DNA of 32,000 bases from Fibrobacter succinogenes subsp. succinogenes S85 (GCF_000146505.1 NC_017448.1:1920001-1952000), one strand, 5' to 3'. Counted from the first letter of the stretch, positions 6,122 through 15,391 are shown. Translations and numbers: made by a program. The notes: generated by a model from the sequence alone, not told the origin.

Positions 6122-8084
6122 CACCCTTTTTAGGGCTGTCATGGGGAGCCTCCTTTGCGGAGGCTTCCTTCATTTTTCTCTTGCCCAAGAATTTATCCAA
6201 GATTTAGGCAATTCAACAGTTATTGCCGAGCAATCTAGCGAAACAATTTTAAATGGCCTCCGCGAAGACGAAGTTTTAAAAGACGAAAAACTTAACCGCA
6301 AAATTTCTACAACTATCGCAGAGACTATAAAAAACGAGCCCGATATTGCCATCCGTTCGATGGGCCCTGCCGCCGCACGCCCTGTCATCAAGGGGCTTTC
6401 AAGCAGTCACGTCACGCTTACCGAAGACGGTTCCTTTTGCGGAGACATGAGCGCCACCTCGCCCGATCACGCCGTTGCATCCGAAGTCCTGACCGCACAC
6501 AAATTGCGCATCACGCGCGGACCGCAAATTCTCGCACAATCTTTCGCCACCGCAGGCGGTGTCATTCAAGTCAATCACCAAGACATTCCCTACGATGATT
6601 CGCTTTTCCACAGCAACATTGCAAACTACGCCGAAACAGGCCAACCGGGATTCGCAACCGTTATCAGTGCAAATGCCAACGTTCACGGCGTTTCGCTCAA
6701 AGGTGAAGTTTCCGCCCGCAACATGGGCGACATGGAAACATCCAAAGGCACGCTCAAAAATACGGATATCGAAAACAGGAGCATCGCCATCGGTGCCGCC
6801 TACAGCCTCGAACACTTCAAATTCGGAGCATCCTTCCGCTCGTTCAATTCCGATTACGGCATTCCCGGCGGATTCATCGGTGGTCACCCCAACGGCGTAG
6901 ACATTGAACTATCCAAACGCGATTTTACTTTGCAAGGACTGTACATTCCCGCAGCCCGCCCCGACACACTGAACGTCATCTTCCGTTACAATCAATACCA
7001 CCACAAGGAATTTGAGACAAAGAAATACGTCGGTGCAGAATTCGCTGTCAATCAGGCAAACTTGCGCATTGAAAAATTCATCGCCAATAGCGGTCCATTT
7101 TTCGGCATCCACCTCGGTACAGAACTAGACAGCCGCTCTGTCGAAATGGGCGGTTACGTCTTTACACCACCCACCAATTCTTACGCCGCATCGCTATTTT
7201 CCATCGCTAGCATAAACGGATGGGATGGTTTAGAAATCACCTTATCCGCACGACTTGGCGGAGCATTTTTCAGGCCACGCGAAAGCGTCGTTGCAGACAA
7301 AGACGCTATTGAAGACCGCAATTTTGCACTATGGGCTTTCGCTGCCGAATTTTCACAAATCGTCGCCCCCGGGAAATTCCTGACTCTTGATGTTTTCCGC
7401 ACCACACGCGCCCCGACCATCGAAGAACTCTACAACCAAGGTCCGCATCTCGCCGCCTACACTTACGAACGCGGCTATCACAAGCTCGATGATGAAAGCG
7501 GTTACGGAGCAGAACTCGAATTTCGAGATTACGGCGAGCACTTCAACTGGCGAGCCTCAACACACATCACCTGGTTCCTGAATCACTTGGCACCACGCGC
7601 CACTGGAGACACCAACTGGTCCCAACTTTTGCCGATTTATCAAGTCAGCGGAGACGACGCGCTCCTCATGGGCGCAAACGCATCCATCGAGACTTCTGCA
7701 GAGCAGGGATTCTATGCCCAAGCAGGCGCAAGTTATGTTTGTGGATTCTACCAGAACGAAAACTGGAGCGATATGCCACAAATTCCGCCGTTCCATTTTC
7801 ACGCCGAAATGGCTTACATCTGGCAACACGTCCGCGCAGGAATTAACACGGAATTTGCGCTCGCGCAAAACCGCCTAGACCGCTACGAACAACGCACACC
7901 CGGCTATATCACGTTTGGTGCGCTCCTAGAATTCCACTGGTCGCTTGCACTCGCCAATTACAGCATTGTCCTCCGTGGCGATAACGTGTTCAACGCCGAC
8001 GTACGCAACCATCTTTCTCGACTCAAATCCGTCATGCCCGAGAAAGGACGCAATATAAGCATCCTCGCAAAAGTCGAGATTTAG
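6105..8084 (+). CDS. TonB-dependent outer-membrane receptor (metal-type; zinc or copper uptake suspected from context)
   Basis: Signal peptide. Plug-domain motifs (IRSMGPAAARPVIKGLSSSHVTLTEDG, then ITRGPQ..AGGVIQV). Long beta-barrel-like region with alternating hydrophobicity. Alternative ATGs at 6111 and 6114. Confidence 0.85.
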   Translation: MTMMTNTLFRAVMGSLLCGGFLHFSLAQEFIQDLGNSTVIAEQSSETILNGLREDEVLKDEKLNRKISTTIAETIKNEPDIAIRSMGPAAARPVIKGLSSSHVTLTEDGSFCGDMSATSPDHAVASEVLTAHKLRITRGPQILAQSFATAGGVIQVNHQDIPYDDSLFHSNIANYAETGQPGFATVISANANVHGVSLKGEVSARNMGDMETSKGTLKNTDIENRSIAIGAAYSLEHFKFGASFRSFNSDYGIPGGFIGGHPNGVDIELSKRDFTLQGLYIPAARPDTLNVIFRYNQYHHKEFETKKYVGAEFAVNQANLRIEKFIANSGPFFGIHLGTELDSRSVEMGGYVFTPPTNSYAASLFSIASINGWDGLEITLSARLGGAFFRPRESVVADKDAIEDRNFALWAFAAEFSQIVAPGKFLTLDVFRTTRAPTIEELYNQGPHLAAYTYERGYHKLDDESGYGAELEFRDYGEHFNWRASTHITWFLNHLAPRATGDTNWSQLLPIYQVSGDDALLMGANASIETSAEQGFYAQAGASYVCGFYQNENWSDMPQIPPFHFHAEMAYIWQHVRAGINTEFALAQNRLDRYEQRTPGYITFGALLEFHWSLALANYSIVLRGDNVFNADVRNHLSRLKSVMPEKGRNISILAKVEI

Positions 8085-8159
8085 TGGCAAAGCGGTGGCG
8101 ATTATGGTCTTTCTCGCGCGATATTTGTATATTCTTTAGCGTAAAAAAGAAGAATTACG

Positions 8160-9065
8160 ATGGCCGATAAAGAATTGCTTGATAAAGAAGTTTTAAAGAC
8201 CGTTAGCCGCATTGAACTTTCCGTGCGCGGCACGCTCGACACCGTGATGACCGGAGCTTACCACAGTTCCTTCAAAGGGAACGGTATGGAATTCAGCGAA
8301 GTTCGCGAATACATGCCCGGCGATGACGTGCGCACAATTGACTGGAACGTGACCGCTCGAACCGGCACGCCTTACGTCAAAAAGTTCATCGAAGAACGCG
8401 AAATGACTATGCTCCTCATGGTCGATGCTTCAAGCAGCTCCGAATTTGGTTCTGGCAAGCAAATGAAGGGCGAAGTCATGGCAACGCTCACGGCTCTCCT
8501 CGCCTTTGCGGCCATCAAGAATAACGACAAGGTCGGCCTCCTCATTTATACCGATCAGGTCGAACTTTTCATCCCGCCCGAAAAAGGCCGCAAGCACGTA
8601 TTGCGCCTCATCCGCGAAATTCTTTACTTCAAGCCGCAACACCATGGCACCAATACGCAAGTAGCCTTGGAATATGCCGGCAAGATTTTGAACCGCAAAG
8701 CTGTCGTTGTCGTAATGAGTGACTTTTTGGATGAAGGTTTCGAAAACGCATTCAAGATTTTGCGCAAGCGCCATGACGTTCTCGCCGTGTCCGTCGTTGA
8801 CCCGCGCGAAATGGAACTTCCGCCCGCAGGCCTCGTAGAACTCGAAGACCCCGAAACCGGCGAAACGCTTTTAATCGACACTGGCGATGCCGCCTTCCGC
8901 GAAGCATTCGCCCGCGAAGCCAAACGTCAAGGCAAAGCCACCAAGGAACTCTTCCAGCGCATGTCCATTGACTTTGTCCGCATCGAGACTCACGACGACT
9001 TCAAGGAAACCGTCGCCCCGCTCATCGAGCACTTCCGCCGCCGCGCTCGCGCTGCCAGCCGGTAA
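8160..9065 (+). CDS. DUF58 domain protein (vWA-like partner normally coupled to MoxR ATPases)
   Basis: Characteristic segment FSEVREYMPGDDVRTIDWNVTARTGTPYVKKFIEERE followed by a vWA-like MLLMVDASSS block. Confidence 0.85.
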   Translation: MADKELLDKEVLKTVSRIELSVRGTLDTVMTGAYHSSFKGNGMEFSEVREYMPGDDVRTIDWNVTARTGTPYVKKFIEEREMTMLLMVDASSSSEFGSGKQMKGEVMATLTALLAFAAIKNNDKVGLLIYTDQVELFIPPEKGRKHVLRLIREILYFKPQHHGTNTQVALEYAGKILNRKAVVVVMSDFLDEGFENAFKILRKRHDVLAVSVVDPREMELPPAGLVELEDPETGETLLIDTGDAAFREAFAREAKRQGKATKELFQRMSIDFVRIETHDDFKETVAPLIEHFRRRARAASR

Positions 9066-9105
9066 CGCGAAAGCCGCAAGAATGTAAAGCAAAAGCCGTG
9101 CGACT

Positions 9106-11067
9106 TTAAACCGTCGCCGGTCTATACCCGAGCAATTTCATGCTATAAAGCGCAGTGCCCTTGCTGATGCTACGAACACCTGTTGCATATCCGAAAATTT
9201 TTCGAAGCGGCACGTCAGCTTTCAAAAAGTGCGTTTTGCCATCGCCTTCGATTTCTTTCACTTTGCCGTCACGGGCCTGGATATCACCCGTCACAAGCCC
9301 CGCAAAATTCACAGGGCATTCGAGTGAAAGTTCCATCACAGGTTCATACAATTGCACATCAGCAGGTTTCACGAGCTTTGCCACCGCATCCGCACAGCAT
9401 TTCTTGATCATCGGCGGGAGCGCCCCTTCCGTCCATTCAAAGCGATGGACTTCAAAACGCACACCCACAAGCGGGCCCTTGCCGAGCACGCCAACTTCAG
9501 TCGATTCCAAAAGTGCCGAGCGCACGCCTGCCAAAATTTCAAGCGGAGCCTTTTCCATAAATTCCGCAGACAAGCGAATGTCATGCGCATCGCCTTCTAG
9601 CGGAGATGCCGAAATACTGATGGCCATTTTGTGCGGGCCAATCTGGAATGTATTTTCGGCAGGTCCAACTTCGCGGCACAAACGTTCTTGCCACCGCACC
9701 TCAGGGCTCCCTGCACGCACTTCGCAACCAAATTCACGTTTGAGGCGAGCGAGCAAAACATCAAGCTGCACCTCGCCCACGGTATGCAAATACCAGAATC
9801 CGCCATCGTCCTTTTGCACGCGGAAACTCGGATCCATTCGTGCAAGCACTGAGAGGCTGCGTTCCACGTGGGCATAATCTTCCGTGCGTACGCATTCCAC
9901 ACGTGTTTGCAACAATGGCAAATAATTTTCGCTGATTGACGGCGCGGCATTCCCCGCCGCACTCTCGTCTCTCGTCTCTCGTCTACCATCTAACCAAATC
10001 ACCTGCCCGAGTTCCGTTTCAAACGGCGAGACCATCGCATAAATATCGCCCGAACGGATTTCATCCACAGGCAAAAGCATATTCGCCTTGAGCCTTGAAA
10101 ATTCAAAACCCGCCGGCCAATCGCGACGCAACAAATCCACGTGACTGCGGAACAGCGAAATCTCGCCCACGCCACGGAAATGTCTCAAGCGCACAACTTG
10201 CCCAAGCTCATTTTTTACAAACGTCGGGACTTCCGGCAAAAAGAACGAAAGCGCCGTCACAAGGCTGCGAATGCCAAAGCCTTCCAGCGCAGAACCCGCA
10301 TAACAAATCACGTACTCATCGCTAGCCGCAAGAGCTTTGAGCCCACGCAAAAGCATCTTCGGCGGCACCGGCTTATTTTCAAGCGCAAGTGACAAAATTT
10401 CATCGTCAAAATTGCTTGCAAATTCCACCGCTTCATCGTAATACTTTTTCAAAAGCGCACGTTCTTCCGCCGCACCCGCATCCGATTCCCAACCGTCATC
10501 GAGAACTTCCGCGCCCGATTCCGAATGCACCAAGCGGCTCTGGCTCAGCACATCGAGCATCGCGCACATCTTGCCATTTTTAAACTGCGGCACAGACATG
10601 AGCACCGGGCGCACGCCAAGCGTTTCTTCAATGTTGATGAGCGTTTCATCCAGCGAGTAATCGGGATTATCGAGCTTATTTACAAACAAAATCGTACGCA
10701 CGCGAGATTCGCGCAACTTGCGAAATGAAGCAAGCGTCTGCGTTTCAACGCCACTTGCGGCACTCACCACAAGCACAGCGCCTTCCACAGCCGTAAGCGC
10801 CATATCGACTTCGGCACCAAAGTCGACATGCCCCGGCGTATCAATAAAATTGAACCATGTATTTTTCCATTCGAAATGCGCCACGCCACTTTCAATCGTG
10901 ATGCCACGTTCCTTTTCTTCGGGCATGTAGTCCATCGTGGCTAAGCCATCTTCCACACGCCCTGGGCGGTGAATCTCGCCCGCCGCGAAAAGGATTCTCT
11001 CAGAAAGTGTCGTCTTGCCCGCATCAACGTGGGCGAGAATGGCAATATTTCGAATCGGCTGTTTCAT
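9106..11067 (-). CDS. Translational GTPase of the EF-G / Tet(M)-Tet(O) ribosomal-protection-like family
   Basis: G1 AHVDAGKTT, G3 DTPGH, G4 NKLD. At 653 aa its length is closer to Tet(M)-type proteins than to EF-G. ENYLPLLQTRVE resembles the Tet(M) ENPHPLLQTTVE segment as I remember it. Confidence 0.85.
   Translation of the reverse strand: MKQPIRNIAILAHVDAGKTTLSERILFAAGEIHRPGRVEDGLATMDYMPEEKERGITIESGVAHFEWKNTWFNFIDTPGHVDFGAEVDMALTAVEGAVLVVSAASGVETQTLASFRKLRESRVRTILFVNKLDNPDYSLDETLINIEETLGVRPVLMSVPQFKNGKMCAMLDVLSQSRLVHSESGAEVLDDGWESDAGAAEERALLKKYYDEAVEFASNFDDEILSLALENKPVPPKMLLRGLKALAASDEYVICYAGSALEGFGIRSLVTALSFFLPEVPTFVKNELGQVVRLRHFRGVGEISLFRSHVDLLRRDWPAGFEFSRLKANMLLPVDEIRSGDIYAMVSPFETELGQVIWLDGRRETRDESAAGNAAPSISENYLPLLQTRVECVRTEDYAHVERSLSVLARMDPSFRVQKDDGGFWYLHTVGEVQLDVLLARLKREFGCEVRAGSPEVRWQERLCREVGPAENTFQIGPHKMAISISASPLEGDAHDIRLSAEFMEKAPLEILAGVRSALLESTEVGVLGKGPLVGVRFEVHRFEWTEGALPPMIKKCCADAVAKLVKPADVQLYEPVMELSLECPVNFAGLVTGDIQARDGKVKEIEGDGKTHFLKADVPLRKIFGYATGVRSISKGTALYSMKLLGYRPATV
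9962..9982. repeat. (CTCTCGT)x3 heptanucleotide tandem repeat inside the GTPase CDS
   Basis: Three perfect copies, read directly. They encode part of ..RRETRDES.. on the minus strand. Confidence 0.95.
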
Positions 11068-11085
11068 AAGCCCAAAGATACATTT

Positions 11086-12195
11086 TTACCGGTTCATGAA
11101 CGAGAGTTTCAGCGCATTCTTGTAGAGTCGATTTGCCCAAGCTTCGTGACCCGAAGATTCACCATAAAGGTCATCCAGAATCGTCCGGATTCCCGCCACA
11201 CCGCCACCTTTTTTCAAGATGTACACCACAAGCAGGCTAATCACACCCAGCGACGAATTGATAATGTCCAAGTCCGTATTTGCAAGCTGAAACGCTGCCA
11301 AATGGTACGCATCATCGGAATCCTCCTTGATGAGTTTATCTACATCTGCAAGCGTTTCAAAGCGTAAGAACTTCAGCGCCTTCAAAAAAGGCATCATCGA
11401 CGACTCGTGAATTTCCGCCTGGTTGATTGCCGCAATACGCTGGTTCAACTTATCAAACGGTCGCAATTTCAGGTAATTCGTAAACGAGTCGCCGTTCAGC
11501 GCCACCTCATCAAAGCGTCCCGAATGCACAAGCGACTGCACATGATACCTGTAATTATTGATATCCGTACGAATCTTGCAGAACTGCTCATCAACAAGTT
11601 CCAACATTCCCGCCAAGCGGTTCAAATTGCGCAAGTATTCACGAGGAATTTCAAAGCCCGACTTGTAACCCGTATCGTGGTCTAGCGTTGCCCACACATG
11701 TTGCAATGCCGTACGCATCTGAATTTCAAATCGAATTTCATTGAGTTCAGGGTACTCCGGATCTTCGAACAAAGCTTTCGGAATGGTACATATAAAATGC
11801 AACGAGTTATAGCCAAAACTATCGAGTTCGTGCATTTTGCGCTTGTCAACGCTATTTCTCCAGTCAATTTCAAACAAGCTCTCGACAAGCGCTGCGATTT
11901 TATCCACATCGTCGTTATAGAACGCAATCACGCGAGCACCCAAAATGTCCGTCAAATCAGTCAGAGACTTATACTTGCCATTTTTACGTTCAAGCTTTTC
12001 GGCAAGGCTTGCTTCTGCCTTGATTCGCGCTTCAACGGCAGTCACATAGATATTGTTCTCTGCCACTTTTTTCTTGAGCAAATCGCAGACAAAATCCCTC
12101 ATTTTTTCAAAAACAGGGAGCTTATCGCGATAATCTTCAAGAATCATCGTTTCTGCAGGATTCAACCCATATTTTTCAACAGAGTCTTCACTCAT
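11086..12195 (-). CDS. RelA/SpoT-homolog small alarmone synthetase (SAS) with a ~170-aa C-terminal extension
   Basis: Synthetase motifs DILGARVI, GYNSLHF, EIQMRTALQHVWATLDHDTGYK. No HD, TGS or ACT domains. The start ATG overlaps the upstream stop (TAATG at 12193-12197). Confidence 0.85.
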   Translation of the reverse strand: MSEDSVEKYGLNPAETMILEDYRDKLPVFEKMRDFVCDLLKKKVAENNIYVTAVEARIKAEASLAEKLERKNGKYKSLTDLTDILGARVIAFYNDDVDKIAALVESLFEIDWRNSVDKRKMHELDSFGYNSLHFICTIPKALFEDPEYPELNEIRFEIQMRTALQHVWATLDHDTGYKSGFEIPREYLRNLNRLAGMLELVDEQFCKIRTDINNYRYHVQSLVHSGRFDEVALNGDSFTNYLKLRPFDKLNQRIAAINQAEIHESSMMPFLKALKFLRFETLADVDKLIKEDSDDAYHLAAFQLANTDLDIINSSLGVISLLVVYILKKGGGVAGIRTILDDLYGESSGHEAWANRLYKNALKLSFMNR

Positions 12196-12764
12196 TATCT
12201 TCTACCGCCAAATATTTTTTCAATAAGGTCCGTAAATTCTGCATACGCAAAAGTACCTTCGAGTTCTTTCAACGATGCAGCCAAACCGCGATAATGCCAC
12301 TCGTGTTCCTTAATATCGGTCACGTGGAAAATTTTCCAGAGTTCATCGCCTTTTTGGACAAAATCACGATAAATGATTCTTGCATTGCTGAGTTTATCGC
12401 CCATCGCCACAATCTTTGCATCGCGACTGGCCCCTGCCAAGCGGTCAATTGCCGCCTGCTTGCGAGAATGCCAAGAATCCGATTCGCTCACGCCTTCCAT
12501 GAACACGTCCGATTCTTCTTCCACAAGTTTCGCCACGCGCGGTCCAAACTCGCGACTGATATCATCCAAAGTAACAGACGTATCTTCAACGGTATCGTGC
12601 AAAGCGGCAGCCGCCATCAATTCCTGGTCATCCGTCATAGTCGCTACAATTTCCACAGCTTCCATCGGGTGAACAATGTAGGGAAAGCCTTTTCCGCGGC
12701 GACCCGTACCAGCATGCGCCTTGACCGCAAAAACAATTGCCTTGTCGAGAACAGAAGTATCCAT
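12195..12764 (-). CDS. HD-domain small alarmone hydrolase (SpoT/Mesh1-like, SAH)
   Basis: HAGTGRRGKGFPYIVHPMEAVEIV..AAALHDTVEDT..FGPRVAKLVEE matches the (p)ppGpp hydrolase HD signature. The protein is 189 aa and standalone. Confidence 0.85.
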   Translation of the reverse strand: MDTSVLDKAIVFAVKAHAGTGRRGKGFPYIVHPMEAVEIVATMTDDQELMAAAALHDTVEDTSVTLDDISREFGPRVAKLVEEESDVFMEGVSESDSWHSRKQAAIDRLAGASRDAKIVAMGDKLSNARIIYRDFVQKGDELWKIFHVTDIKEHEWHYRGLAASLKELEGTFAYAEFTDLIEKIFGGRR

Positions 12765-12766
12765 TT

Positions 12767-13465
12767 TTAGTCCTCCAGGAAGTACTGAACATTGGTCACA
12801 ACGCGCACGTTCTTGATAAACGGCGTATTTTCATCACGGTCGCTAATGGAGAACTGTCCCTGCGTTGCTGTCTTGATTTTACCGAGCTTGCTTTCGGAAT
12901 CCGTCGCAAACTTTTCAGCAGCAGCACGGGCGTTCTTGTTCGCTTCGTCAATCATCGCGGGCTTGATTTCGTTCAGGCCATTGAAACTGTAAATTTTGCG
13001 GTAGCGGTAATCATCGCCACTGAATGCAATTCCCTGTTTCAAAAGTTCGCCCTGCTTGCCCATGATTTCACGGACGCGATCTACATTCTTCGATGCAACC
13101 GTCGTCACCACTGTTGCAATGTAGCGGAACGGACGACGGTTATCGCCATAGCGTTCGCCTTGGGCATCTTCAATTTCCGGAGCAGACCAGCTGATTTCAG
13201 CCGCATCCACGCCATTATCGCGCAAGAACTTTGCAAGCGTTGCATTTTTCGTCTGCACGGCATCGTGAATCAATGAAAGGTCATTCCCGACTTCTTTGTA
13301 CACAATAGGCCAAATCACAAAATCGGCCTTGACCTCGCGTTCCGAGAGTCCCCGGACCGACACAACACGGTCCCTATCTTTCGTGTGGATCATAGCGCAA
13401 TAGAGGAATGCGCCAAGCCCGAGAATACCAATAGCCAACAATAAAGCTTCTTTAACTCTAGACAT
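12767..13465 (-). CDS. SIMPL/DUF541-like membrane-anchored protein
   Basis: An N-terminal TM helix, then VSVRGLSEREVKAD.., and a C-terminal ..NARAAAEKFA..LGKI pattern reminiscent of YggE/SIMPL proteins. Its stop lies 2 nt from the SAH start. Confidence 0.55.
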   Translation of the reverse strand: MSRVKEALLLAIGILGLGAFLYCAMIHTKDRDRVVSVRGLSEREVKADFVIWPIVYKEVGNDLSLIHDAVQTKNATLAKFLRDNGVDAAEISWSAPEIEDAQGERYGDNRRPFRYIATVVTTVASKNVDRVREIMGKQGELLKQGIAFSGDDYRYRKIYSFNGLNEIKPAMIDEANKNARAAAEKFATDSESKLGKIKTATQGQFSISDRDENTPFIKNVRVVTNVQYFLED

Positions 13466-13519
13466 ATATTTCTCCTTCGCCGCGAAACACCCACGGCTAT
13501 AAGTTTAATATACAATCTT

Positions 13520-13553
13520 GAGTAGTTAGTAGTCACTGGTCAATGGTCATTAG
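13520..13553. repeat. Degenerate heptamer array (AnTrGTC)x4.7 ending ..AATGGTCATTAG
   Basis: agtagtt agtagtc actggtc aatggtc attag, read directly. Same family as 25075..25100. Confidence 0.85.
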
Positions 13554-13573
13554 CCGCAAACATCCCCTATTTT

Positions 13574-13601
13574 CTCTCGTCTCTCGTCTCTAGTCTCTAG
13601 T
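13574..13601. repeat. (CTCTMGT)x4 heptanucleotide tandem array in the divergent SIMPL-operon / pgi intergenic region
   Basis: ctctcgt ctctcgt ctctagt ctctagt, read directly. Same unit as the in-CDS array at 9962-9982. Confidence 0.95.
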
Positions 13602-13657
13602 CTAATTTCTAAATTTTCCCCCGTAACAAAAACCCGCGTGTGCGGAAAGGATAATCT

Positions 13658-15322
13658 ATGTCTAAACTGACTGATTCTAAGGAATGGAAGGCCCTCGAGG
13701 CCCATGCCGAAGTCGCCAAGACTTGGCAGATGAAGGAACTCTTCGCGAAGGACCCGACTCGCGCCGACAAGTTCAGCGCCGAAGCCTGCGGACTCTTCCT
13801 CGACTACTCCAAGAACATCATCACCGACGAAACCATGGCAAAGCTCCAGGACCTCCTGAAGTCTGCCAATTTCGAAGACATGCGCGCCAAGTACTTTGCT
13901 GGCGAAAAGATTAACACCACCGAAAAGCGCGCCGTGCTCCACACCGCACTCCGCTACAAGGGTAACGATCCGATTTGCGTCGATGGCAAGGATGTCATGC
14001 CTGAAGTTCGCGCCGTGCTCAAGCACATGGAAGATTTCACGCATCTCGTCCGTAGCGGCAAGTGGAAAGGCCAAAGCGGCAAGTCCATCAAGTACGTTGT
14101 CAACATCGGTATCGGCGGTTCCGACCTCGGTCCGGTGATGGTCACCGAAGCTCTCAAGCCGTATGCAGAAAAGCCGATCGCAGGCGAAACTTCTCCGGAA
14201 GTCTACTTCGTTTCTAACATCGACGGCACCCACATGGCCGAAACCCTCAAGAAGGTGAACATTGAAGAAACGCTCTTCATCGTTGCTTCCAAGACGTTCA
14301 CGACTCTTGAAACCATGACGAACGCCGAAACTGCAAAGGCCGCCGTCCTCAAGGCATTTGGCGGTGACAAGTCCGCTATCGCAAAGCACTTCGTCGCTCT
14401 CTCCACCAACACCGAAGCCGTTACCGAATTCGGTATCGACCCGGCAAACATGTTCGAATTCTGGAACTGGGTTGGCGGCCGCTATTCCCTGTGGTCTGCA
14501 ATCGGTCTTTCCATCAGCCTCCGCATCGGCTTCGAAAACTACATGAAGCTCCACCAGGGCGCTTACGAAATGGATCAGCATTTCAAGACCGCTCCGGCTG
14601 ACAAGAACCTCCCGGTCATCCTCGCCCTCATCGGCGTTTGGTACAACAACTTCTTTGGCGCATCCAGCTACGCCATGCTCCCGTACGACCAGTACCTCCA
14701 CCGCCTCGCCGCCTACTTCCAGCAGGCAGACATGGAATCCAACGGCAAGACCGTTGACCGCGATTCCAAGCGCGTGAACTACCAGACGGGTCCGATCCTC
14801 TGGGGCGAACCGGGTACGAACGGCCAGCACGCCTTCTACCAGCTCATCCACCAGGGCACCAAGATGATTCCGTGCGACTTCATCGCCCCGGCAAACAGCC
14901 ACAACAAGATTGGCGATCACCACCAGAAGTTGCTCTCCAACTTCTTCGCTCAGCCGGAAGCATTGATGAACGGCAAGACTCTCGCCCAGGCTCAGGAAGA
15001 ACTCCGCGCCGCCGGCAAGTCCGAAGAAGAAATCGCATTTCTCGCTCCGCACAAGGTATTCGAAGGCAACAAGCCGACGAACTCCATCATGATGGACTAC
15101 GTGAGCCCGGAACGCCTTGGCGCTCTCATCGCCATGTACGAACACAAGATCTTCACGCAGGGCGTTATCTGGAACATCAACAGCTACGACCAGTGGGGTG
15201 TTGAACTCGGTAAGCAGCTCGCCAAGAAGATCCTCCCGGAACTTGCAAAGGCCGACGCAGAACTCCACCACGACAGCTCCACCAACGGACTGATCAAGTG
15301 GTTCAAGGCTCACCAGGCTTAA
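13658..15322 (+). CDS. pgi: Glucose-6-phosphate isomerase
   Basis: Full-length PGI signature throughout ([87 protein letters not shown]). Confidence 0.97.
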   Translation: MSKLTDSKEWKALEAHAEVAKTWQMKELFAKDPTRADKFSAEACGLFLDYSKNIITDETMAKLQDLLKSANFEDMRAKYFAGEKINTTEKRAVLHTALRYKGNDPICVDGKDVMPEVRAVLKHMEDFTHLVRSGKWKGQSGKSIKYVVNIGIGGSDLGPVMVTEALKPYAEKPIAGETSPEVYFVSNIDGTHMAETLKKVNIEETLFIVASKTFTTLETMTNAETAKAAVLKAFGGDKSAIAKHFVALSTNTEAVTEFGIDPANMFEFWNWVGGRYSLWSAIGLSISLRIGFENYMKLHQGAYEMDQHFKTAPADKNLPVILALIGVWYNNFFGASSYAMLPYDQYLHRLAAYFQQADMESNGKTVDRDSKRVNYQTGPILWGEPGTNGQHAFYQLIHQGTKMIPCDFIAPANSHNKIGDHHQKLLSNFFAQPEALMNGKTLAQAQEELRAAGKSEEEIAFLAPHKVFEGNKPTNSIMMDYVSPERLGALIAMYEHKIFTQGVIWNINSYDQWGVELGKQLAKKILPELAKADAELHHDSSTNGLIKWFKAHQA

Positions 15323-15335
15323 TCAAGACCTTTAT

Positions 15336-15372
15336 AGAAAAAGCCGCAGCACTCCGCTGCGGCTTTTTTTTT
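15336..15372. terminator. Bidirectional rho-independent terminator between pgi and the GGDEF-EAL gene
   Basis: Perfect 10-bp stem aagccgcagc (15341-15350) with gctgcggctt (15356-15365), loop actcc, a T run downstream and an A run upstream. Confidence 0.85.
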
Positions 15373-15391
15373 GTACTCAATCTTACGCGTC

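Noticed and set aside
9155-9877. 240-aa plus-strand ORF. Similar shadows at 24118..24951 (277 aa), 11698..12294, 12294..12770, 12737..13276 and 6399..6887
   Set aside because: All lie antisense within strongly supported genes (the GTPase, moxR, SAS, SAH, SIMPL and the TonB receptor). Their translations are compositionally odd (Ser/Arg/His/Pro-rich or low-complexity) and lack start-site signals.
13550-15313. 587-aa ORF on the minus strand, the longest alternative ORF in the window
   Set aside because: It lies exactly antisense to pgi, whose identity is unambiguous along its full length. Its translation is low-complexity (V/E/G/L-rich) with no motif. This is a typical shadow ORF of a GC3-biased gene.
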